The notes below the pieces were generated by a model, which was not told the origin of the DNA, ran no database searches, and saw only the letters and a program-made list of their open reading frames with translations. Position numbers and translations under genes: made by a program. A stretch of 61,740 bases of DNA, counting the filler, from Sphacelaria rigidula (taxonomy: Eukaryota): assembly GCA_964200075.2 (NCBI GenBank). It is 4 parts of 4 records of this genome, joined end to end, with 100 filler letters (N's around TTAATTAATTAA, not from the genome) between each part and the next. Parts side by side here need not be neighbours in the genome. Positions count along the whole stretch, not along the records: positions 1 to 15,362 come from CAXNAA020001780.1; positions 15,463 to 30,822 come from CAXNAA020001781.1; 2 more parts are not named here. One strand, given 5' to 3'. This document shows, piece by piece, positions 12,144-23,777 of the stretch (its first letter is position 1; the number at the start of each line of letters is the position of its first letter).

Positions 12144-12821
12144 TAACGACTTGAGTCGAGGGATCAGCTATCCGACGAGCAAATTATTTTAGTGAGATCC
12201 TCGAAGATTTTGAACTTATAATCTTCAGGTTCATATGCATATCTGTACATGTACAAGCTTCAAGCTTCAAATTGGACCCAGGTGGTATCCCACGTCGCAA
12301 ATCATAAAACACGCTGGACGGTGCTTCCAGACTGTGGTGTTTTCACGCTTCTGGCGCATGTGCAAGGCATCTTGTGCGTGTACAAGGCATACATACCAAG
12401 GAGAACAACATCGACAGAGCACATGCCCCCATTTCCCCCCGAAAACACCCGGGACATGCTGGGACGTGCATCGTTTCGGACAAATATGCTGAACCGCGTG
12501 CAGGCAGTGGGCGCGAGTGGGTGCCAGACAGTGAAAGCGCATCCGTTGTGAACTGCGACTATATCTGTAAGAAGTCATCAGCAATGCCAACAGTAGTAGT
12601 CGGAGCCGCACTAGCGCATGCAGAGAGCCTGCAGTGATGCGGAGTACTGTACAAGTAAAAAAGCCACATCCGCAAACTGTACAGCAAAAAGGCTGCCCTT
12701 TTCTGCTTGTACAGTGCTCCGCACCACCGCAGGCTCCCTGCAGTCGCTAGTGCGCCTCCGCCCACGTGAGAAAGAGACACTGTCAAGCGTCAGGTCCCTG
12801 GTTGTGCCGCCTGAGTGGGGC

Positions 12822-13030
12822 ATTGCGGACGAGTTCTTCATACGTCGGACGAGCACGAGTATGATCGTGGCACTCGCACTCGTGGGGCTGCTCGTTGGCC
12901 GTCTTTGGAGGTCCTCGAGCACTCGAGTCATTGCTCGTTGTGGAAAAATGAAGAGGGCGAGTACTCGAGTCATGCGCATCGCGTTTTCAAAAAACATCAC
13001 CGAGTGCACTCGTTCCGATGAGTATTGACT
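12822..13030. mobile_element. Repeat rich in gagcactcg motifs; a second copy at ~11565-11670 is cut by the SINE
   Basis: gctcgttggccgt.tttggaggtcc.cgagcactcgagtcattgctcgttgtggaaaaat shared by both copies. Confidence 0.65.
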
Positions 13031-13094
13031 TGTCCGACTTATGTAACCCTTTACACTTTCACCTCCAGCGTTCCACCCCTTGAGGGATGACATC

Positions 13095-13543
13095 GGTTGG
13101 CGATGTTGCTATAAAACACGCCACTCACTCCGTAAGCTAGGCGACCAGCAATCCGTAAGCTTGCGTTTTTTTTTGCGGTAACCATGACGGTAGTGGAGGT
13201 AGATCATGTGCGGCGTGAGAGAACCTCAACTCCGCACGATGGGGATGATCGTACTACGTAGTGTTTGAACGGTGAGACACCCATGAGGCAGTGCGGAACC
13301 CGTGACTCTCTCTGAAAGGAGCAACACCAGAAATCAAGCATCTTATTGTAGGCTGTCATCCAAATGCAAGATAATCAGAAGGCGTCGGGCCGAACAATCT
13401 CAGCAGGATGCAGCTCGCCCTTCATGCGACTCGCCGAACACTTTGCGGTGCTTCGCGCTTGGTGATCGATTGCGAGCCTGGTCCGGCGAGTAGGGATGCG
13501 AGGTCAATGGTCAAGTGACAACGTCATGCAAGACCATGGGTAC

Positions 13544-13577
<34 letters not shown>

Positions 13578-13580
13578 ACC
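13095..13580 (+). mobile_element. Same dispersed poly-C-ended repeat (copy 2)
   Basis: Shared blocks gagaacctcaac, ggtgagacacccat, caggatgcagctc, gggatgcgaggtcaatgg, then a long poly-C run. Confidence 0.75.
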
Positions 13581-13777
13581 AACAACAACACAATAAGCCC
13601 GACTANNNNNNNNNNGGGGCGGCTCGGCACGCCTCCCCGCCCAAATCGCTCCAACACCCGTGTGCCTCCCCCCCCCCCCCCCCCCGAAGTCGCCCATATC
13701 ACGGTCAAATTTAGTTCGGATCGAATATTTTTCATGTGGCACAAATCACCTGTTCGTCTGCAGCAGATGGACGTTAA

Positions 13778-14076
13778 CCCTTACTCTGAGAAACTAGGCA
13801 ATCTATTGAGTCGGCCTCAATTTCACTTGAAAAGAGTATGCATGGTCCAGATGGACTACCCTTGCGGTCTAACCCTTAGATCGCGAGGGGAGTCTATCTG
13901 GACCATGCATATTTTTCAAGTGAAATTCATGCCGATTCAACAGATGACCTACTCCCGCTGTCTAAGGGCTAAGGTAACCGTTAGACCGCGATGCGGGTAG
14001 TCCATCTGGATCACACACTTTTTTCAAGTGAAATTGATGCCGATTCAGTAGGTGACCTACCCTCGCGATCAAGGGG
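13778..14076. repeat. Array of three 100-bp piggyBac-type MITE units (one reverse, two forward)
   Basis: Same unit consensus as 11889-11989; starts after gttaa and ends aagggg|ttga. Confidence 0.8.
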
Positions 14077-14914
14077 TTGAGTGCTGATACGGAAATGAGT
14101 AATTGGGAGATGACTTTCTGACCATTTTTTTCTGGCCAAGCACACGTCGTTATAAGTTTCGGTATGTTCAGCAGGCGGTACACCCCGTCATTCAAATTCA
14201 AGTAGTGCCCGCTGGCTAACACATCACTGCTCCGATGCGCTCAAGAGACACAGTGCGCTCCACCTTGCCTGAGAAGTCTCGGTACATTCAACTGCGGCAC
14301 CTCCTCCATATTCTGATGCATCTGTCTCACTGCATGTCACTGCTATCTAAACCTAACTCTGCTACGGTAACGCGCTGCTCCTGCACAGTACAGGCAGAAT
14401 TTATTTTCATCAGCGCAACGATAATTCAAGAAGCAGCGCAGACAACAGTACAACAGTAAACACGGGTGGTTCCATCTCTACTGAGTATTATACAACAGTG
14501 CGAAGCTTTCTACAGTACAGGAAGGAATAGGTTCGTGGCAAGGACCGTCCAGAGAGCGAAAATCGCCCTTGTTTTTTTCTTCTGTGTGCATCTATGGTTC
14601 ATGGTCAAATGGTGAAAACCAGCTCCAATCTCCAGATGGCCGACATAATCCAATGTGCGGAGAACTTCGTGTAGGATTATTCCACTAATCAGAACTATCA
14701 AAACGTTTACCTCAACGTTCTTCAGACCAATTTCTCCCCCTAAAAACTTCCTGAAAATACGCATGGTTGATGCAAGAACACACACCCGCCCCCGCCCCCA
14801 TGCACTTGCGGACAGGTAGTGGACCTTTACACAGAGTCCACCTGAATGAAGTAGAGTTGATACGAACCGATCGACAGATTTCACGGCTGAACAAATGCTT
14901 GATCATTACAGTGT

Positions 14915-15185
14915 AGCTGAAGGCGGAGGCGATGGAGGCCCTACTGTGCGGATGCATGACGTGGGCGCCGCGCCGCGAGTATCACGAGATGCTCAGAGTG
15001 GACCACTATTAGCTTTCCTACGAGTTATCGGGTACCACCGCGTGCGTAGCACATACCAACAGCTGTCGTACGCCCAGACCCTCGACAAGACCGGGTGTCG
15101 AAGAGATGAAGCCGTTGTCCGGCAACTCTGACTGCTGTTCGCGGGAGGGCATGACCAGGAGAACAACTACCGAAGTGACCGGCAC
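14915..15185 (+). pseudogene. RTE-clade LINE fragment (region just after the reverse transcriptase)
   Basis: Frameshifted translation LKAEAMEALLCGCMTWAPRREYHEMLR../LRVIGYHRVRSTYQQLSYAQTLDKTGC..VVRQL*LLFAG resembles the RTE motifs LLYGCxTW and RRLxFAG. Confidence 0.7.
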
Positions 15186-15362
15186 TCTGAACACTCTTGG
15201 GGGGGGGGGGGCGCGCACTTTTTTGTTGCTTTAGTTGTTTGACCATTGACTACGCACCCCTTTCGAGACGGGGCTCGTGGGGGGGGGGGGGGTCGAGGAT
15301 TAGGGTGCCCGGAGCAACACTGGCAGAGGGAACAGAGGGGTGACCTTCAAGATTCCGGAGCC

Positions 15363-15462
15363 NNNNNNNNNNNNNNNNNNNNNNNNNNNNNNNNNNNNNN
15401 NNNNNNTTAATTAATTAANNNNNNNNNNNNNNNNNNNNNNNNNNNNNNNNNNNNNNNNNNNN
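15363..15462. other. Artificial scaffold spacer
   Basis: N44-TTAATTAATTAA-N44, exactly 100 bp. Confidence 0.97.
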
Positions 15463-17099
15463 CAGAAACACTCAGAAAAAAGGACGACTACGAATTCTGA
15501 AAACTTCTGACGCTGACTACTATACACGCCTGAAATGCATGGTACACATCACCAGTCGTCAAAATGAAGACACATATTCCCGCCTGTAAGCCGACGAACC
15601 GCTTGGGGTAGCGCTGATTAGAGGGATTACAACCCACGGGTAAATTAGGAGTCCAACAGTTCTAACCAGTCAGCGCTGACTATTAGCTCAGTGGATATGT
15701 TGTATATCTAACACATACCACCAGGAGTAGCACCCAATCACCGTCGTCAGTTGTTACCGTCTGTTATCTCCGGTGCCAAGGGTCATTCTAGTTGCTTACA
15801 GAGTGGAACCGTGGTACTCTTGTGCCAATTATGCATGACTCTCTGGGAAGACTTTATTTCACGTAGACCTACCCCGCGATACCTGTAACAGCTAGCTGCA
15901 ATCGCCCACCACATGTTGCCCTACCGTACAGCACCGTACAGTACAGCAAGGACGGGCAGTACAGTGTGTACAATAATCATACAGCAGCAGTACCCCGGTA
16001 GTGCCAGATAGATGGTAGCTGCAAGATGCGTGCACATGACAGAGTCGTCACCACCGACCGGCCAACTTCGAATCCTCGTAAATACAGAGAATAATCAACA
16101 CAACTCTCCTGGTGACCCAAATTTACCCGGTGATTCTCGTGTATTCAAAACTATCATGACTTCCGCATGAAGCTTCGTATAGCGCGAGATAGACCCACTA
16201 AGCCAGACCGAACAAATGATGCCAAGTGCATGGGCATACACACGGGGAAAAAGATTGTGAATAATGACAGTTTTGTTTCTGTATCACAAAAAATAACACG
16301 ACCACAATGCGCGCAGTTCTTCGATACCGCGAGCTGCCCCACACATCGCAGTGTACGCTTCCTCACGTCCACACCACCACAAACTCATGGCTGCCAACGA
16401 GAGATGGTCGGCTGAGCTGCGGGGTGCCATGAAAGTCGGGTCGTCATCATGGGGGAGTTGGGTGTTGCTGTTACATACTCGGTAGTATTAGTTCCGTAGG
16501 TTCAAGTATTACACGCTGAACCAGCTAGAACAGGGGACGGCTGCTGTCGGAGCACCCATGCACCTAGGCTTGGGTCGACAAGACATGGGCACATGCAGGC
16601 GTGAAATACAGACTTCGGTGCTAACTGGACAATCACCTACGTTGCATCAAGAGAACAGGAATTTTGAGGTTAGTACAAACATGGCAGTATGTGGTGGCTT
16701 TGTACGTCGCGAGTCATGACTGGTGCGTATATGCACATGCATCGGTCTGTGTAGACGACCTCGTGCTCGCCGCCCTGTGTGGCCACAATCGCACCCGCTC
16801 CGCCTTGTTCACAATGGCACCGCTCATGCCCGCTTTATCCGTATCGTGCATTATGGGCATGCACATCAAGGTGTCGTGACAAAACTGGGGTGTACTCGCA
16901 CGCGAGTGATAGGTAGAGATTGATCTCGCTCCTGTAGTTGGCTTTACTCTTTTGGCCATCCACTCCTGAGGGTAAACTGCGCGCTGTGTATCATGACTTG
17001 ATAATAAAAGCGTACAGGAGCGTCTCTTTTTTATTCATCCATCACAGTGTGATGATGACGCTCGCCTTGCTACATTCTGCGTGGTGCGTTTATTCGTGA

Positions 17100-20000
17100 C
17101 GAGAGCATTAGACGAGTCTGTCGTTCTCGGAGAACAGGATGCACCGGTGATTGATTGAGTCCACTGGTACCTACCCACACACCCCTGGCTGAACTGCACG
17201 AGTGGAAAACTCATGACCTGTTCCCGAAATTGCTTACACCTTGCCACCCAAGCCATCATCAAACCTATCATCTCACACTCGCCACCTTCTTGACCCATGA
17301 GATGTCCAGCACCTGATATCTCGGTCGTTTCCTTCAATCAAGGCGTTGATCATTTTGACCCCCGTATCAATCCGGCCGAACACCCAGCAACGCCACAGCA
17401 TCGTATTCCTCGAGTCGAAACACACCAGACGTCAGCTATGCAGCGGTTGGGTGTACGAACCTCCTTCGGCGTCGGGCATCGAGAGTGGGTGGCTGTGCAA
17501 AGTGTAGATTCCAAGTGCAATCATGCGCCAAGAAGAATATAGCACTGAAGGAAATCATGGACCCCACGTCCCTGAATCTGGGGTTGAGCGGTTCAGCTAA
17601 GCGCGAGGGGGTGGGGAAAAGTCGGATTCTCAACGGTTTTTCACCTGATTTTGCGGCGCTTGATTTTTGCTATACAGAGCGAGCGTCCAATTGCCACCGC
17701 TCCCAGGTACCCCGATTGTGTGACGGTCACCATTCGGTTGGAATAAACGTCGGCGCGATTCCCCCTAACCGCGCTGGGTTGAAGTTGCTCATTGCAGATG
17801 GGATGAAACGAAACACATTCGTGCGATCACCCCTCACTGTGCAGTACGTACTCCTGCATTAAGCCGCCGTGCCGATGACTTTGGGTTCAACCATCGTGGT
17901 GATGAAACGCCCTTCGAGTCTTTCCTTCAACTCCACCTTGTAGTCTTGTTCATCACCTTTACGAAACAAGTGGTACTCGAGTTTGTCTTTGATGTATGGG
18001 TGATACCGTACCTTCCCACGCGCAAGTCAGGGCGATCGACCTGGCGCTCCGTCTCTCTAACCACATCTGCCTCGTGCAGGCTGTGTTGAACATGGAGTGG
18101 GCGCCAGAATAACAACCCCGTGTCGTTCGCTCGTTACGTCCGTGGTAAATCAAACCCCCGGCTGAGACGACTCAGGGGATTTTCCTCGTTCTGAGGCATC
18201 CCCGCCAGTCTCGGCCACCTGGCTCGGCGAGAGTTGGTAGTGACACCTTCGCTTATATTCGTATTCTCGAAGATCTGGAGTCACCGCCCTAGAGTTTTGA
18301 GCCGACATACGATGACCTGCGAGGAAGCTTGACTCTCGAGGTCGAACATTTCAAACCACTTGCACGTACAATCCACGCCCCCCAGACTGAACCAACCAGA
18401 GTACTCCCGCCAAACCTGAACCCTGCCGCTCCCATCGCGCCTGCGGACCACTGTGTAGCTTGAATCGTGGATCGGTTTGCAGCGAGGTGCAGTCTGCCTC
18501 CGTGGGATACCTGTTGTGAAGTACTCAAAGGCGACTACAAACATGTTCCCTACGATATTTCGAAAAGTGAGGGCTGCAATGTTTTTGAATGTGTGACATG
18601 CACGAGGTGTCACTAAAGGCTTCATCCGAGCTGATCAAGCAAGCAACCCATCTTGAGACATGAGGTTGACTGTTTCACGATCGATATTTTTTCGTGAGAA
18701 ATACCACTGGTGACACCCGTGAGCATCGCGGTAGACCAAGATCAACCTACTCGTTGGCACACAGTTCAATCTAGCCAGAGCGCCGGCTTGACGGGGTACA
18801 GGAGCGGATATCTAGCCTTGCTGTATGATGTAAAGTGACGTGTAGTCGAAACGCTTGGGTCGATCATAATGTAGCGAATGATTCACGTGGGCCTCCCTAC
18901 CGTGTTCGACTGCTGCCGAATTATGCTTTGATTGCAACCACTCCGCATTATTCCGTTCACGACCCCGTGGGCCTTGATTCTTGACAGCGTGCCTGCTTCT
19001 ATTTACTGGGGCACACAATATAGCTACTGCTGGGCATCTATACGACCTTCGGATCCCCAGCTACATCTTGCTTGCTCAATGTCACCGAAATGAGCCGATA
19101 CAGAATGTTCAATGTACAACATGGTGTCATTATGCTCGAGCCGAATCGAACAGTGATGTCATGATTTTTCATCCGCCCATGCCCTCTGCGCCTCCCCGTT
19201 TCCGCATCCCACGTCTCATCACAGGTCCCATCCGCCGCTCACTGCTCCCCGCCGCCCTCCATTCCGGACAAGATCAACAGCACGGAACACGATTCGCTCC
19301 GCCATGAACGCCAGGGGTTGTCTAGGAGTCAACTTCGGAAGGATTCTTTGACTTTCCCCCGTTCAGTGTTTCATACAACCATCGAGCGTTGAAACTGTCT
19401 TGAAGGAACGAACATGCTTCGGCAAAATTCTCCTCGTGTATGTTTTTTTCATGTGGGGGGTAGTGCATCGATTGAATAGGGAACGGCACGGTTCCTCCTG
19501 CAGAACCCCGTGGTTTTTTGGTAGTCCCGCGGTTGGCTACTGTATTTCGAACCGCTTCCGAGCATGCGAGACCACTGCGATTGTGAGGACCTTGTAGCAG
19601 TTGGAGCGTCAACAGATGAACTGGGTACGTATCATTTGTGCTGGGTCAATTTCCGTCTCCGGGATGCGTCCCACCGCAATTCGTACACGCCTTATGCCCA
19701 CGAATGTATGGAAATATCTCGTCTTGTTTGGTTGCGCAAAGCAAGGCAGAAACCACAAGTGGTGTGGGATCGTGAATTCCCGGTAGATGAAACTCGTACC
19801 TCTGAGGGGAAGTACGACTCGTTAACAGACGTCGCTTGACACGAGTCGAACGCTGCATTTTCGTCTAGCATGTTTCAATTTTGGCCCGTGTGTACGATCC
19901 AAGTGCGGGTACCCAAATGACGAAACCAATCTGACCGGCGAGTTGACCCTGCCGCGGTCTCGTGTGTCACCGTGTCTCTGGTGCTTGGAAAAACGGAGCG

Positions 20001-20600
20001 TCTGACCCGGGGACCGAAGGGGAGTCATTCCTAATTGAGGGGAAATTTGATGGACATCTAATGCGCTGTTTCTCGAAAGGCATGTTGTACCCCTTTTACT
20101 GAGTCACCAACTAACTCACGAAATTGATGCGAGCAACGAAAGACCCATTTGCCGTTGCTCTCTTGATGAGCGAACTGGTCGAGGGTTTTGACGTCCACTT
20201 CAGGGCGGCTGTAACCTCATTTGCCGGACGGGGGCGGCAGCTCATTTCAATTTTTTCCTTGAGCGGAGTGCGAGAATACCAACTGGAGTGATGATCTTTA
20301 GTTAAACTAAAGCTGGAGTTGTCCTTTTCACTGAGACTGAACTCTACTGCGTTCACCACACGAAATCAAAGCAGGAGTAAAAATGATGGCTAATACACGC
20401 TCTGACGGAGATACTTCGTATACGCTGTTCCTCTTCCACCTCTGGTACGTGCCTTACTTCGCGGGCTGTGTGAGTAATGGCGTGGGTGCAGGATGTGTAG
20501 CTCCCTGCACTGTGACGATGGGTTCAAAAGATGGACGTGCAGGAGCGCGCACGGTGAATTGATGCTCTTCACAACAATTTGCTGGCGCTGATTCCCGACA
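17100..20600 (-). pseudogene. Heavily decayed Plavaka/CMC-like DNA transposase
   Basis: Ordered fragments across frames: WYSRTPL, SFVARINF, VRLV..GYPHL..KLKHARRK, VDA(L)QLLQG, HTFK.H..HF..EYFTTG..CKPIH, RYQVLDISWVKKV; many stops and frameshifts. Confidence 0.45.
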
Positions 20601-21149
20601 GGGATGATTCCTATGAACCTAGCCCACTCTTCAAGTCCCCTTTACTCTGAGATCGTACAGCGTTGGTTTTCCTCTGGAACGCAGCGTGATGCTTCGTAAG
20701 AGCACTCATTTGATGGGCGTGCCCTGCATGCCGCACATATCGAAATGGCGTTCATCACACTCACTACTTCGGATCAAGTGCAGATTTGGGGGTCCGGCAC
20801 TTCGCAGCGTTGGCCTGTCGCACTGGGCATGGCTATCAGTCTTTACTGCTGGCGTGTCACATGCTGTAGCTGTAGCCCAGAGGCACCCTCACAAACTGGA
20901 GGAATCAAACCCTACGCCCCGTACCCAGTTGGTGAAACACTGACCCGATGGTGAAACTGCCTTGATTGACTTGAGGGGAAAACGGCCGCAGGAAGGCGCG
21001 GAATACCGAGAGCGCCGAGGAACACATGGGGTTGATGACAGGACCTCTTTCCACCCTGACGGGTCGTGTTCCAACCATCCAACCAGACAGTCATGAGCAC
21101 GATTTAGGAGATCGAAGCGTCCGTGATTACCGCACTCCATTCACATTCC

Positions 21150-21493
21150 TGTATGCTGTCGTCTAATCTATTGTTAGCGCCAGTCTGCCCCTTTAGGGAT
21201 ATGTGGACGTATGAGTCGAGGTCACACAGGAGAAAGGTAAAGGCAGGAGCTCTTCCATCTTTCTTAGTGCCCCACCTTCCATATGCGGTATTGACTTTTT
21301 TGTTTATCCTGAGAGGGGATCAGCCTTCCCGTTCCCTCGTCGACCGTAAAGTCGCTTATTGTGTACCCATCACATGGTCATTCTCCCCTGTTGCGCATGG
21401 TGTAAAAAAAATCAGAGATCGCTCCGCGAAATAAACCCCATAACTCGACCGTTGAGAAGTTACGAGGTTACCAACCTAGCCACCGGTGTGACC
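21150..21493 (-). mobile_element. tRNA-derived SINE family 1, diverged copy
   Basis: Colinear with 11680-12143 but lacking the MITE (ttccctcgtcgaccgtaaagtcg). Confidence 0.75.
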
Positions 21494-21699
21494 TGCTGCC
21501 TGCAGTTACCACGATAACTTCTCGGAGGGGATCTACGACATGGCATCACCGCCGAATGCCAGACATGACTCTTCTTGCAGCTGTTAGCTTGAGAGCGTGG
21601 AAGACGAATATCTGCGCACGAATTTGCAAACCCCACTACTTACTGTTGCACGACTCCTGAGCGCCCTTTTCAACCCAAGGCGGACATACGCGGCCATAT

Positions 21700-21990
21700 C
21701 GCTACGCCACGAAATGCCTCCGGAAGAATGCGCTCCCCTCCAGAGACAACGCAAGCCTCTGGAGGCCTCTAACCGCTCTGGAGGAAACACATCTCCACCG
21801 TCCTGGAGGGCCGGGCACCCTTGCAAGAATTTGGGGGATCCTATGTATGCCGCGACCCTCCCGAGGCAAGAATGGGCCCCGGAGGCGTTTAATCGCCTTA
21901 CAGGAACCTTAATATTCTCCTCTGGACGGTCATGCATTCCTCCGGAGGCGTTGAATACCTCTGGAGGCTCGAAAAGTTTTCTCACATGAG
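21700..21990. repeat. Repeat with several palindromic CCTC(C/T)GGAGG motifs, probably a MITE interior
   Basis: cctccggaag, cctctggagg, ccccggagg, cctccggagg and cctctggagg within ~290 bp. Confidence 0.5.
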
Positions 21991-23777
21991 GGAAATTTGG
22001 AGGTAGCCAAATAGCCGCGGGTGGAGGCACTGGGTTCCTTGAGAAATATCAACCGCACCACCACTCCTGCTACATTGTTCGAACATCGAGGAAAGCGGAG
22101 GGGATAAAAAGTTGGGGCAGATTAGTGAGAACTGCTTGAATTTTCTTGCTCTTGCACCAAGTACTTGAGATTAGTGCAGCTGAAAAGTATCCCCTTCTCT
22201 GTGTAGTCATCGACCATCACAACACACTGGAATAAAAACCATGGTCGCGAATAATAGAGGTATCTCAAACTGCTCGGTTCGCGGTTTTCTGGTTTATTCG
22301 CTGGCTCTGGGTTTTGTTCTAGTTTTTCAACCGAAAATGATGGCGATTCACAGAAGAACCTGACCTGGCGGTCAAAGGGTCTCATCGTCTGATGAATCGC
22401 TATCACTTTCGCTTAAAAAAATGGAACAAAACAAAGTAATAAACCGGAAACCGGAAACCGAGTTTGAGATACTACTGTACCTCTAATATGATTGAATTTA
22501 CCACGATGACGAAGAATATTTGAATACTAATTAAATATTTCTTGTGCCTCCTTCTCTCTGGCAGCGGGTCTGACGGCAAAGACTGTTGTGACGAAAATTA
22601 TTCTCGTATCTGTTCGCAATGAAACATTCGACATACCCGTGTGCGCTCCGGTCTCACGTCTAGAGGTGAGCAGGATGGACCCTGATCGTGAAACGATAAA
22701 TTGACTCCATGTATGTGCTGGTTACCCCCTAGGTGTAGACGACAGGCACAAATGCTTTGCTGCACATCAGGCCACGTGCTAGGCCTATTGGGTCACATGA
22801 ACGAGAAGCGCCTGACCGGCTGCAGCAGCAACAGCAACAAACCCTGCCTGAAAGTGTGATCAATCGTGAGTACCATAGCCCTCGATAGGTGGTCGTAACT
22901 CCGCATAGAACTTGGCACACATGTATTTTGTCCCTTTTCTTCCTACGTTTACCATTAGCACGCACTGCAAGTCTTCAAACCTTTCAAAATCAGAAACGCG
23001 ACGTTTCTCCTCGTAGCGTGCTGAAATTCGGAACAGAATTGGCACCTACTGTGTAGATCGTACCTTATTGTCCTCGAATCGTCGAGACCGACCAGAGATG
23101 GAGAGGCTTGCTTTCCGTTGGCCGCCCCAATCAGTCGGCCCTACTGTTGCAGTATGCATTAGCATTAGGTGAAACAGACTCAAGTCGACCTATCGATGAT
23201 GCCTCACCGGGGCGAACCCGCCCTGGCTGCGCAGCCCTCCGCGGGACTGTCAGCTATGGTACTCTTATACGGAGTATTATAAATCAGCTTGTCCTAGGGA
23301 AGAGTCATCGAAAGAGTGACAACTTGAGGTGGAAAACAAGTTGATTTAGCTGCACCCAGGGCGCACCAATTCGCCTCAGGTGTACGATGAACTCGGGTGG
23401 CTTTGTCGCAACGTGGGCAAAACCGTGTCGTATCCCTGTTTCACCCGGTAACGCAGTGAGCGCTGGTCGTTTCATGTCGAAACAAACTGTGCACGCGGAT
23501 TTTTGCGCTTCACTCGTAAATTGCGGGAAACGTGGGCTCTCCCCTATACACTCGAGATCGTCGATGATTCTCGATGTGCACGTTCCCGTGTGTTACGTGA
23601 GCAGAGACGAAGCTCAGCAGACCCAAAAACGCGCGGGGAAGGTGCTGTGCTGAGCCAGGCGCCGTGAAGCAGACAACGGGAAGTGGCTGGTAGTTCTCTT
23701 ACCTGAAACGTTTGTACGGGATTGATCGGAAATTTGGGGAGCAGGTACTACAGCTTTGCTAGCCAACAAGCGGGATT

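Noticed and set aside
12330-12400. HAQDALHMRQK as the TPR exon preceding TLGDDHP
   Set aside because: No phase-0 GT donor after the lysine codon.
13496-14000. Poly-Pro/poly-Gly ORFs here and at 56856-57704
   Set aside because: Translations of C/G homopolymers and MITE sequence spanning N gaps.
15407-15418. TTAATTAATTAA motif recurring every ~15.46 kb
   Set aside because: Synthetic six-frame-stop linker inside N runs; not biological.
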